From the human T2T-CHM13v2.0 reference genome, Homo sapiens: a DNA stretch of 64,000 bases. Positions 13,957 to 26,479 of the stretch are shown piece after piece (the first letter of the stretch is position 1; every line of letters starts with the position of its first letter). The stretch lies in assembly GCF_009914755.1 (NCBI RefSeq), contig NC_060925.1; one strand, given 5' to 3'. Under the pieces are notes generated by a model, which saw only the letters and a program-made list of their open reading frames with translations, was not told the origin of the DNA and ran no database searches. A program made the translations under genes and the position numbers.

Positions 13957-14275
13957 CTCAAATGTTACTTTTTCTGTGAGGCTGCCCTAAACTACCCTAT
14001 TTAAAATTGCAACTTGCTCTCCTAACCCCGCACCTGATAGCCATTACTCTGCTGAATTTCAAAACTTTTTCAACAGTATTTACTACTTGCTAATGTACTA
14101 TATACTTTACTAATCTAGTAGGCTTATTATTTATTGTCTGTCTTGCCTTCCTAGAATGTAAGTTCCATGAGGGCAGGGATCTGTAGCTGTTTCATTCATT
14201 GATATATCCAAAGTTCCTAACAATTCTGACATGCTGTAGGCCCTCAGTGGATTTTCCATATATGAAAGAATGAAG
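13957..14275 (+). mobile_element. L2 LINE 3' end
   Basis: CTAGAATGTAAGTTCCATGAGGGCAGGGA and terminal GAATGAA. Confidence 0.8.
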
Positions 14276-17200
14276 CAAGCACTTAATATGTAAGAAGACT
14301 TATGCTAAGCCAGTTTATCTCATCTAAACCTTCCAAGGACCTTACAAGATTTGGTCATTTATTTACTATGCATAGGAGCCAAATTGGGTCCTGGAGGCAC
14401 AAATGTAAATATGTCCAGGGATCTGCCCTCAGTATAGATATTAGCAATTTAGAGATACTCTTTTACAATAGAGAACCTGAGGCTCAGAGAGGTCGAGCGA
14501 TTTGCCAAATGTTAACATAGAGGAAGCCCCTGCTTTTCCAGAAGAGGATTAGGGTCTGAAGGAGAAGAAGGGCAGAGAGATTGAGAAAGAGAAAGTGGGG
14601 AGTGAGATGGGGGAGATGGCAGAGGGAAGAGTCAGCATGGGGGGAATCCATGCCCTGATCTCTAGGTGGCTTTGGGTGTCCTCCTGAAGAAGAAGCAGCA
14701 CAGGGAAGGGAAATGATCAGGAAGGGTCCCAGAAATTATCTTAGGAGTTCAGGAAAGGTGGGCATTTCCTTGGGACTCAGCCCCATATTTGGAGGAGATT
14801 ATTTCCACCAACCCAGGCATGACTTTCACCCAGCCCCCAGGGTTGCACCTGCTTGATTTATCTAAGCCAGGCAGCTGTGCCTTAGTGAAAAGAATCCTAA
14901 ATGTGGACTCAGGAGGCGTGGATAAAAAAAAAAATCCAGTCTTTTATCTTGAAACTTTGTTCACAAACTTTGTGTAAAGTCTCGTCCTTGCCATTCATGG
15001 TGTGCCCTTGGGCAACTGAGTCACCTCACTGCTCTGAACCCAGCTATTCAAATGGGGGCACACTTTTATGCTGGAGAAGTCACTCAACTCAGAATTAAAA
15101 GTCATACCTTCCCCAGCCCCAATTCATTATGAGCTGTATTGTCTTAGGCAAACCTCTTAAGCTCTCTGAGCCTTACTTTCTTTACCAATAAGCCACAAAT
15201 CATAAAACAAAGATAAAAGGTAATATATAGAGAAAAATGACCAGCTTGAGGATTGGATTTATAACTCCAACCCCATTAGCATAAGGTTTTAGCCAACTCT
15301 GACAACTTCAGTTGAAATCAGTCTGGATCCACAGAGGGTCAAATCTTGAAACTGAAGCATCTATTCCATTCTCCACTTTTTTTTCATAATACCTTTTTTA
15401 CCTTTGAAAGTTGCACAATGTGCCTGAACTTAAGTTTCAACTTCGCTTAACCCTTGCTGATTCTTTTGGCCCTAGGAGTGTTATCAGATCACTAGGCAGG
15501 GAAGTGAGGGGTCCCCAGGGGACGGGATATACTTTTCCAATTCAATTGCAGAGGCAGTTCAGTTCTGTGTATATGAAAAGTAGTCAAATTATTGCAAATG
15601 TCTAGTCAATTCCAAATGTCACCAGCTACCAGTAAACAACAAAAAGCAAGCTACATTCAGGACTGGATCATTTAAAACATAATTATAATAAATGATTTAA
15701 AGGAGCTCTTTTAATTACCACTACATATCAAAGCCTCAGGAAGGCATTCCAGAAGAATTGTTTTCTATTGTAACTGCATACATTTAAATGCCATTAATTT
15801 CATATCTGTCATTCACTTTTCTTCTACTACATTGATATCTGTATCAGGGAATTCAATGCCTCCCATTTCATTTAGGGATTTCATGGTTTTGATTGAGGAA
15901 AAGCTTTGTTTTCAGTCCTTCAATTCCCCAATGCCATTTCCATTCCAAAGCATAATTTTGGAGACCAAGTGAAGACTAAAATGAAGGAGAAGAAGTGAGA
16001 CTAGGTGAAGAATTGAAAAGACGACTGCCTTTGTGATTAAGGGACCAAGTTTTTACTACTGGTTCTGCTACTGATTTGCTATGTGACCTATCTGGACCCA
16101 TCACCTATCTGGACTTCAGTTTCTGCTCTATAAATTGTGAATAAGAATAATTCCTGCCCCTGCCTATCTCACTGGAGGTTTGAAGTTTCAATGAAAAAAT
16201 GAGAAATAATTGTATACACCATTCATTCATTTAAGCAGTCATTCACTCAGTAATTATTTAATAAGTACTGCCTATATGTCAGGTGGTGTGCTAGCAGCTA
16301 GGATGAAAACCAAGCAAGATAAAATGCCTCTCTAGTAAGAAGCTTACTGTCAAGCAGAGGAGACAAAAGAGTGAATCCACTCCTTTGGGTTAGATGTTCA
16401 CTTTCCCATTCTGTTTGCTTGTTTTTTTTTTTTTTTTTTTTTTTTAGTTAGAAAATTTCTGATTTTAAAGTCACTCTAGAGAATAAAACAATTTCCTGGT
16501 ATAGTTGAAAAAAATTCATTCAGTCTTTTGTCTTGACTTTTGTTCACAAAATCCACTTCTAGATTCATTTTTTGGCCAGTTGTTTAGAATGTTAAATATC
16601 CACAAACATACTCATAATTCTTCCTCCCATCAGAAAAAATGTGGCTTCTTAATCAGTAAATCCAGTCTACTTTAAAGGCATTGTCTGGGCCCGGGATTAA
16701 TGCACTTCTAGAGAATAAAATCAATGGGATGTAAAGAAATGATAGCCTTTTTGGTTCTTAAATAAACATTTCTCAGAGGGACCTTCCAAGTCCTCAAGGA
16801 ATTTCATGGAGACACATTCAAATGCCACCCATCTGTACAGATATCAATATCTAAGTTTAAAAAAAAGAACTACATTTTCATAGTTGGCTATCAGAAAAGC
16901 ACATTAATGCCTCCCCGTACGGACGGCTATATACTGTCTTGTAAAAATGGTTCTTGGGCTACATAGGAAGACTGAGATGAAAGGAACCACATAGAACTGA
17001 TATATTTTTCAGCATTGTTATCATTTTTCTTCTTCCCTCCCAAGATAAAGTTAAGATTGGTGTTCAGGGAAGCCAGAGAACGGTGGGGAAACACAAAGAG
17101 GCAGAACCCAGTGAGGATGCTAGGACCCCAAAGCAAACTCCCATTATGGTTGAAGCCATTGTGAACAGAAAGACATTTCTCTAAGGTAGTTTTGACTTCG

Positions 17201-17663
17201 TGCATATCTGGCTCATTGTCAGGAAGGAGACACCGAATGTTCATAAATCGCAGCATATGAGAGGAAAATTGATTGGATTTGGAATCAGAATTTCCAGACT
17301 AAGTCTAGGCTCAGGTACTTCACCAAAATACATTTGAATTTGGACAAATTATTTCACCCCTTTGAGGATCAGTTTTGTGAACTGTAAAGTGTGAATAATA
17401 ATACATATGTTGAAAGAACATGTGATAGAGCTTTTACGACCTGCATTATTATTATTTTTAAGGAAACAGTGATTAGTCCAGGTGAAATAAGGTGGACTGG
17501 TATTCTAAATGCATTTAATAGAGGCCATTAATTCTCCCCTCCCTGCCTCTCCATCCTTCCCTCCCTCTCTCACTCTTTCCATCTCCCTGCCTTCCTTCTT
17601 TCTTTTCTCTAACATATATTTATTAAGTGCTTACCTCGTGCAAACAACACTGCTAGAATCAGT

Positions 17664-18147
17664 TGTGTCAGTCAATATCCCAGCCTGAAACAGGTGGTTC
17701 ATTCAAACTGAGAGTAGTTTAAGGAAGAGACAACCTAGGTGTGGACAGGCAAAGGGAAACCTAAAAAGGATAGGGAAGAGCTCCAGCAATAACAAGAGCT
17801 GGGAGCCCTGTCCACCTTTAAGCCTGAGGAAGGAAATGGGAGGCGGGTTTTCCGAGCCAGGATAGAGCTGCAGCTGCAGCTGTAGCTACCGGAGAGGGCT
17901 TCTCAACAGGAGCTGTGGCTTCCGGTGGAGGCATCTGTGGCCTTGGCAGAAAGGGAGTCAAGAGGCTAACCACCCAACCCACCTTTCTTCCATCTGACTT
18001 CCTGTTGGTGCCTCTCATTGGCCAAACTCAGGCAGAAGTCAAAAGACAATGGTGCTTGTTGAGGCAGTGCACTTAACTCCGTGGCATAGAACCATGTGGT
18101 CAGGGTGTAGAATGGATCTGAACAGGCAAGCATAGGCTACTCACCAC
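17664..18147 (-). mobile_element. LTR33-like ERVL solo LTR
   Basis: TGTGTCAGTCAATATCCCAGCCTGAAACAGG...CCTCTCATTGGCCAAACTCAGGCAGAAG...GAATGGATCTG matches recalled LTR33 antisense motifs. Confidence 0.65.
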
Positions 18148-18164
18148 CGGAATATCATGTCACA

Positions 18165-18405
18165 GTTTACAACATGAGTTCTAGAGCCACTGGGCTGCAT
18201 TTGAATCCTTACTCTACCACTATGGTGCCTTGGATCTTGAAGCACTTACCCTTTGCACGTCTCAGTTTCCTCATCTGTTAAATGGTGGTGGTAAAGGTAT
18301 CTACCCATAGATTATTGTGAGGGTTAAATGAGTTAAAATTCATAAACCACTTAGGAAAATGACGGGCACGTACTAAGTGCTGTGTTAAGCATCACCTCGT
18401 ATTAT
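18165..18405 (+). mobile_element. MIR SINE relic
   Basis: CTCAGTTTCCTCATCTGTTAAATGG...TTGTGAGGGTTAAATGAG. Confidence 0.85.
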
Positions 18406-20239
18406 TCTTCATGGGATACAATAGTGAGCAGGAACAATGAGTGAGTGGAAGGCTTCCTGGAGTGTCTTTAATGGCAACCCACACTGGACCATCCCCTTGA
18501 TGCTTTTTTAATTCTTGCTTTCTGACATGATTCTGTGACACAACCATTTTGAGAAGGGGAGATAAATGGGGGAAGAGTAGCAGGGAAGAGTATGGTCATT
18601 TCACTTTATTATACCCTCACACAATCCTTTTGTAATTCTTGTCTTCAGAATATCAGGACCTATGACCCACGTTTCTGTCAATTACAAACATCTGCCCCCC
18701 TCTGCCTCAATCTCTGATGACTGGAACTAGGGCAAAGCAGCAGGTCACTCTAAAAAACTGGCTGAAAGTCCTGCTCAATCCAAGGTCCCAAGTTCTGCTG
18801 TGGAATATCATGGGTTCTTAGCCAGAGGCTGCTTTTTCTGATTACCTCACCTCCTTGCCTTGGGAAGAGACACATCAATAACTGAGGAGTCTGGGAAAGG
18901 GGCCCAGGACTAGAAGCCTGAACTGTGTTTAAATCCTGGCCCTATCCTATTTTAGCTATGCGACCTTCACCAAATAAATGACAGTTCCTTTCTTAACTGT
19001 AGGTTTCTTAGGTAGAAAACAGAGACTTGAGTATTACAGACTCTTTTGAAGGTAGGAAGTAATAAAAAGTCAAAGCTAGTAATAATTGAAAACTGTGCAA
19101 ACCTATGCTATAGTTTAAATTATAAGTCAATTCATGTTGCTGGTCTCCAGTTTCCCCATTTGCAAAATATCTAGCTGATTTATAGCGAGATATAGGTGGA
19201 TGTGACAGCACTTTGTAACATATAATTATTAACACCATGATCTAATCTCAAATACTAATCACACTAATTGGGAGCCAGTGTCATCTCTCCCCCACCCACA
19301 ACCCCACACATACCCCCAACCCCACACCCTACAGCCAACAACCTATTTCTTGTTGTGTAATATATTTTGTGTGTAAGTCTATCAGTCCAAACAGTGGGGT
19401 GAGTGTCAGGAATTGATATCTTTGCTCCTGTACTGTTAGTGCACACCCTGGCAGCACTGAGTGCATTTCTTTGATTATTTATACTTAAGAAACTCCATGT
19501 AATTGTTCAAGTTCAAAATTTGCATACTGCCAGACAGCTCGTTGAATTATTTATTTTAACTGCCTTATTTCTGTTTTGGGTAATTTCTTCCATGTGCTTC
19601 CACTATATCAATAACGGGAGGCAATTATTGATTTTTCCAAAGCCATTAGGTTCAAGGAATTGTTCAATTAGTTTTACGATTTCAAATAGAGGAAGATGCA
19701 AGATTGCCACACTTCGAGGTTGGAAACAACTTTCTAAAAGGAGGAGAATGCCCTAAATGGTAAAGTGCACAGGTAAATGGTAGAGGCAGACCCTAAATCA
19801 CTTATGCACATCACAGCCTGCATCATCACCTTTCAGGTTTTATAGCGCTGTCTCCTGAGCAGGATGGCTAGGGGGCTGTCAGCTAATACATATTTGTGAT
19901 ATTGTTTACCCATTGATCTTGTCAAGCTATTGTAAATCCAGATGGATAATAAACACACAATGACTTTAAAGGATAAATATTAATAGATAGTCATCCACCT
20001 CTGGTCCTAAATCTCTGTGGGCTCTCCATTTTCTACTGAATAAAGTTCAGAATTCCAGGCAGACAAGTTCAGAACAATACCTGTGTGAACCTGACTTCAC
20101 ACCTTTGCTCATCTGAAGTGCTCTCACATTTCTTTCTGTTACTATCTTTCTCACATATTGAGGAGTCAGGGAAGAATAACACTCAGCTTCCTGAACCTCA
20201 GGTCGTCTATGCACCAACTTCTCATATCCATAATCCAAC

Positions 20240-20346
20240 TCCCCTCCCCTCCCCTCCCCTCCCCTCCCCTTCCCTCCCCTCCCCTCCCCTCCCCTTCCCT
20301 CCCCTCCCCTCCCCTCCCCTTCCCTCCCCTCCCCTCCCCTCCCCTC
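20240..20346. repeat. (CCCCT)n pentamer microsatellite, about 21 units
   Basis: Direct reading; occasional TCCCT variants; abuts an Alu 3' end. Confidence 0.97.
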
Positions 20347-20613
20347 GCCCCAGGCTGGAGTGCAATGATGCAATCTCAACTCACTGCAACCTCCCCCTCC
20401 CAGGTTCAAGCGATTCTCCTGCCTCAGCCTCCCAAACAGCTCAGCTGGGACTACAGGCATGTGCCACCATGCCCGGCTAATTTTCTGTATTTTTAGTAGA
20501 GACAGGGTTTCGCCATGTTGGCCAGGCTGGTCTCAAACTCCTGATCTCAAACAATCTGCCTGCCTCGGCCTCCCAAAGTGCTGGGATTATAGAGGTGAGC
20601 CACCACACCCACC
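20346..20613 (-). mobile_element. AluS element lacking its 3' terminus and poly(A)
   Basis: CGCCCCAGGCTGGAGTGCAATG...GAGCCACCACACCCACC. Confidence 0.93.
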
Positions 20614-20774
20614 TACTTAACAGTTTTTCAAATGACACAATCTAACACTTAAATCTACTCCAGCCTCCTCATCCTAAGAATTTTCATCAGTAAAATCATG
20701 GGTTTAAGAATCTAGTCAAATTTTTTGTAGCATGCATTATAACAAATATACAAGTATTAAAATAATATATCTTC

Positions 20775-21090
<316 letters not shown>

Positions 21091-23993
21091 TTAAAAATCA
21101 TCCATAAGCCACATAAAAATAATCTCATATGGCACTAGGAATGCCCACATAACACTTTTGGAAATATTGGGGTAGTAGACAAGGTTTCAGGCTCTGGTGA
21201 TAACAGGCTTGGATTTAAACTCTGGTTTCTTACTTACTATCCATGTGTTCTTGGGCAAGGTACATAAAGATACTAGACCTCAGTACTAGAATACAGCCCA
21301 CATCCGAGTATTGTACTGAAAATTAAATAAAATAATACATGTAAAGTGCCTAGCACTTGGCAAACATTAAAGTGTCCAGTTCAGTGAACACTTATGTGGA
21401 AGTATTACATAATGGTTAGGAGCAAGGGTTTCCCTAAGTGCTAGGGTTCAAATCCTGGCTGTTGAGTAATCTTGGGCAAATCCCTAAACTGCTTCGTGTT
21501 TCAGCATCCTCACAGATTTGTGGGGAGGTTAAGTAAATGTATGTAAATATAGAACTTAGAAGAGTGCCTCTACACAGTTCACACATCATAGATGTCGGCG
21601 ATTCTGATTGTCTGCTGTCTTCCACGCACTGGGCTGTGTGTTAGTGAAATAAAAAACTGGCAGAGAAGTAAGAAATCTCCCCTTTTGTGTGGATTTTATG
21701 TGCAAATGTGTCAGTATAGACAAAGTACAGAAATTAAATGGTGGAGAAAATGGTTAACGACGTATTGGGCAGAAAGGAGGGAGTAAAGGAGGGCTTCATG
21801 GAGGAGGGGACACTTAAGCTTGGTTTTAAAGATTGAGGTGGGGTGTTGAAGGATGAAACTGATTCATTAAGACCAATTTGGTTGACACTTCCTCTGGAAA
21901 GCCTTCTCTGATCCCATAGGCACAGTTAACGACTACATCTTATTGTTTGAGGGGTAGAGATGAGCGTTAGACATTAAATTTTAAGTGCTGAGGGACTAGG
22001 TCATGCTGAGTGCTCCTTGGCAAATGTCTACAGAAGGTATAAAGTCACTTCTTGCCTACTTCATTTCCTTATTCATAAAATAAATCTTCTGTTTCCTCTC
22101 TACTATTCCATCATTCCACAAATATCAATTATTAATATTAACAATAATAAAAAATAAAATGTATTGAATGTTTCTTATATGCCATGAACTTAATGGATTT
22201 CATTTTATCCTCACAATAATCCTGCGGTAGGTACTATTGTTATTCCCATTTGATAGACCAACAAATTGAGGCTTAGAAACCTTGGGAAACTCTTCCAAAA
22301 GCAACCATTAGCTTAAAACGTAGCCTACCTGTTCCAAGAATATGTACACAGCCACTATACCATACTGCCTCTCAAAGTGTCTAGATTTAAATTCTGTTCC
22401 ATGAGGAAGTGATGTCAGTTTCCCAGTTGGGACCATTTACTGAATAATGCTCAGCCATTTCTCAGAGAAGTAGGTGAAGGGAGTGAAAGCAGACTGCTTC
22501 TGGGACTTGCCAAACGTTAGGTCTATGGAAATCTGCGTAGTATGCAAATAGTTTGCAGCAAAGAAGACAGAGCTCTCAGAATGAATCATTCTTGCTTCCA
22601 CTGCCGAGTGAGAAATACTGTAGTGATGTTTCAGTCTTGCACGAGCTCAGCTGGACAAGGTTAATTAGGACTGGAGAGACCCAGGACCTCAGTTGAACTC
22701 CTTGGTAATCAGAGAATTATGATGAAGTTAATATACAAGTATAACCTGTAATAAGATGAGGTAAAGGCAAATAGATTGTAATCACTGTAAACTTTCCCTT
22801 GTTACAGTTTTCGAGTGCTATGTATTGGATCTCCACAGGAGCACTAATCCTCTAAGAGGCCCATGGGGGTGGAGGTTCAACCACCTGGAGCAGGTTGAAA
22901 GTGGGAAATAAAAAGTAGGGTAATAAAATATTTCAGAATATAGTAAATAGTGTTCATTTAAGTTGCCTTATATGACCCTTAGATGATAGCCACTTGGAAT
23001 ACAAGGATTTTTTTTGGGCTCCTCAGCCCACTAATGCATTTCTCAGACTCAGAACATTAGCCTAGGAAAGGCCTTGGAGATGTGTCTTCTCTCACTCTCT
23101 TATTTTACAGATGGAGAAACCAAGGCGCAGGCAGCAGCAGATGATGGACCATAAAATAAAAATATAAAAGTAGATTTCATGGTGTTTCAAAAACAATGTT
23201 AATAATGAATTTAAGGAAAAATAGTTTTCTATCAAAATGTGGGATCAAAAGGATGGGGGATGGAGAAAAACCAGCAAAGTCACCCTGACCCTGGCTGGTG
23301 TCAGTGAGATATAATGGGGAGGGACCATCCTGCTGTGTTGAGCCCCAAACCACTCTCTTTATGATAGTGACATGATAAAGGAGGGCAGGAGGCCTGTAGG
23401 AGTGCCCCAAGCTAGGAACCTGGTTCTGTGTAAAAATACAAATATGGGCCTACAGACGGGAAATTTCTGGGCTCTCCACAGGCCTGTTGCTCCTCCCCTA
23501 GCACAGACAAGGACAATGATTATCCATTTGATGTGTTACCCATCACAAAAGGAAAAGGACAGGGCTGTCTGGGAATATGCCTGGGAACAACTGAATCTGG
23601 AGTTGGGAGGGCAGGAATGATGAGGAATGATGCAAAGGCTGACATCTGAAGGAGTGGTGGGATTTAGAAGCCAGGGCAACCCAGGATGGTATCTGGGCAG
23701 TGAGAAGCACCAGTGTGAAGGTGTGGAAGTGCAAAATCAAGACTGTCTGGCAAGAAGGTCCTGAGACCAAGCTGAGAGTTAATACCCAAAGTATGCCATA
23801 CCCATGCCTTTGTATTGTGTGCCGCTGTATACACAGGGAGGTGTGTATGCAATTATTGATGTAGACATCGGTTATTGGTGATGTAGAAACAACTCATGCC
23901 ATGTCATAGACTCTTTGTTCACAACTGCTCCTTTATTGTCCCTAGGCTGTCCTGAGTTCAAAGAGCAGCAAGGGTGTCATTCAGAAAGGGTAC

Positions 23994-24424
23994 TGTCAGG
24001 CCTCTGAGCCCAAGCCAAGCCATCGCATCCCCTATGACTTGCACGTATACATCCAGATGGCCTGAAGTAACTGAAGATCCACAAAAGAAGTAAAAATAGC
24101 CTTAACTGATGACATTCCACCATCGTGATTTGTTTCTGCCCCACCCTAACTGATCAATGTACTTTGTAATCTCCCCCACCCTTAAGAAGGTTCTTTGTAA
24201 TTCTCCCCACCCTTGAGAATGTACTTTGTGAGATCCACCCCTGCCTGCAAAACATTGCTCTTAACTTCACCACCTATCCCCAAACCTATAAGAACTAATG
24301 ATAATCCATCACCCTTTGCTGACTCTCTTTTCGGACTCAGCTCGCCTGCACCCAGGTGAAATAAACAGCCATGTTGCTCACAGAAAGCCTGTTTGGTGGT
24401 CTCTCCACACGGATGCGCGTGAAA
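23994..24424 (+). mobile_element. HERV-H solo LTR (LTR7 family, LTR7B/LTR7Y-like)
   Basis: TGTCAGGCCTCTGAGCCCAAGCC...CACACGGATGCGCGTGAAA; tandem CCCCACCCTT-containing U3 repeats; TATA 24287; AATAAA 24360-24365; perfect 5-bp TSD GGTAC (23989-23993, 24425-24429). Confidence 0.95.
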
Positions 24425-24536
24425 GGTACCTTGACCGAGGTCATCCAGGGGCCAGCCCTGGGTACTTTCCAGGTATCACCCATGGAGAACGTGTTTGAGC
24501 AGGGCCTACAGGTGTGTGCCGAGCTTCACCTGACTC

Positions 24537-25027
24537 TGCCGAGAGCAGCTCGGTCCAGGAGACCCTAACCCAGCGGCGCTAGAGGAATTAAAGACACACA
24601 CACAGAAATATAGAGGTGTGAAGTGGGAAATCAGGGGTCTCACAGCCTTCAGAGCTGAGAGCCCCTAACAGAGATTTGCCCACATATTTATTAACAGCAA
24701 AGCAGTCATTAGCATTGTTTCTATAGATATTAAATTAACTAAAAATATCCCTTATGGGAAATGAAGGGATGGGCTGAATTAATTGCAGCAGGAACACTTT
24801 CTTAAGACACAGATCCCTCATGCATTTGTTTGTGGCTTAAGAATGCCTTTAAGCAGTTTTCCGCCCTGGGCGGGCCAGGTGTTCCTTGCCCTCATTCTCG
24901 TAAACCCACAACCTTCCAGCTTGGGCATTAGGGCCATTATGGATACGTCACAGTGCTGCAGAGATTTTGTTTATGGCCAGTTTTGGGGCCAGTTTATGGC
25001 AGGATTTTGGGGGGCTTGCTCCCAACA
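24537..25027 (-). mobile_element. MER9 solo LTR (HERV-K9/HML-3)
   Basis: Minus strand begins TGTTGGGAGCAAGCCCCC and ends ...GAGCTGCTCTCGGCA; perfect 6-bp TSD TGACTC (24531-24536, 25028-25033), typical of betaretrovirus-like ERVs. Confidence 0.93.
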
Positions 25028-25283
25028 TGACTCTGAGAAGCAGGTGAAACCACTGGGCAACTTCGGAAGGCTGTTGGCATCCATTAGAATGATAATTGGT
25101 GAACAGGCTGTCAGGATGCAGGTTTAGCCTAAAGATACCTCTGGTGAGCAGAGAACCACGTAGTAGTTATGTAGTGTTATGTAGTGTTGTGTAACTTCTC
25201 AGAGTCTCCTCTGAAAGATGCAGATTTTAGGAATTTTTCTTTTTATCTCACAGGGCTTCCTTGAGGGTCAAGAGAAACCATTT

Positions 25284-25314
25284 GAGTGAAACTCTGTCTC
25301 AAAAAAAAAAAAAA
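25284..25314 (+). mobile_element. Extremely 5'-truncated Alu (3' end plus A14)
   Basis: GAGTGAAACTCTGTCTC followed by A14. Confidence 0.7.
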
Positions 25315-26479
25315 GCTCAACAATGACTTTGTTATTGGACATATTTTATTCATTTAGTCTCCTTAATATATCGGCAAACGAAGAACTGGCACCATTCTAA
25401 GTACTTGTAATTTAAGGATCAGAGAAGTTATTTTGGCTGAAGTCACCGAGGAAGTGGAAAGAAAACTATGATATTGGGGGTCTGGATTCCGATGTCTTTT
25501 GTTCCTCGGCATCTTGCTCCTTGGGCTGTCCACATGAGCAAGTGTCCTCTGAACAAAGAAGATTCGATGAGGTACTCACAGACCTGCCAAGTAGCCATTC
25601 TCCACTGGCAGGTGTGAGGCATGTTCTCCATTTAAGCACATACATCCTCAGCACAGAAACTATGGCCGAGGACATGGTTCCTGTCCAGTAGGAACAAAAG
25701 CTAAATGGGAGGCAGGCTGGCTGTCCAAAGACTATTAGTTCCACCTGCAATTTTCTTTCTCAGTTTCAAGGACAAAAAACACAGTTTGGAAAACTGTGTT
25801 TTTCACAGAACCCTGTACATTTCTAAGGAGCACTAGTCTCACATTTCTTAAATGATCCAATGTCTATTTTAGCAATATGAATCTCATGTCAGAAAATCTG
25901 AGTCTGAGAATGAACTCTGCCATTTAGTAATTGGTAATGACCTTGGGCAAATTACTGAATGTCAATATAATTATTTATAGATTAGGGATAGTAATATCTG
26001 CTTCTGGTGTTTTGTGGGAAATATTTACCAAAGTAAACTCGTGGCAGGGAGATTTGGAGGTAAGGGAATGTATCCAGTAAAGTGTGGCGTTGGTGCTCTA
26101 CTTCCCGGGAAGTTGTTTATCTGTGTCCCTTCCATCTAGCATGGTGACCTCAACAGGGGTAGGGCTCACCAATGTTTGTTGAAACTTTAATTAGATGAGT
26201 TTAAATACACAAAAGTGAAATTTTCTTAATTTCACTTAATTTGCTTAATATTTTATATTTGATTTTTAGCAAACAATTATACTACTCATTTCTGTGAGGA
26301 TTGTTAAGTCTATATCCAGAGATCACTTGGATTGTTCTGTTACTTTTCTTTACAGTGAGCTGGAATTGAATTATACTACAGCCATTCCAGGGAAAAAACC
26401 CTAGGCAACTGACCTACCTCCCCACCTTCACTCATCAACCAGATATGACTTTTAAAGGAGCTCTTTTTCTCTTGGGATT

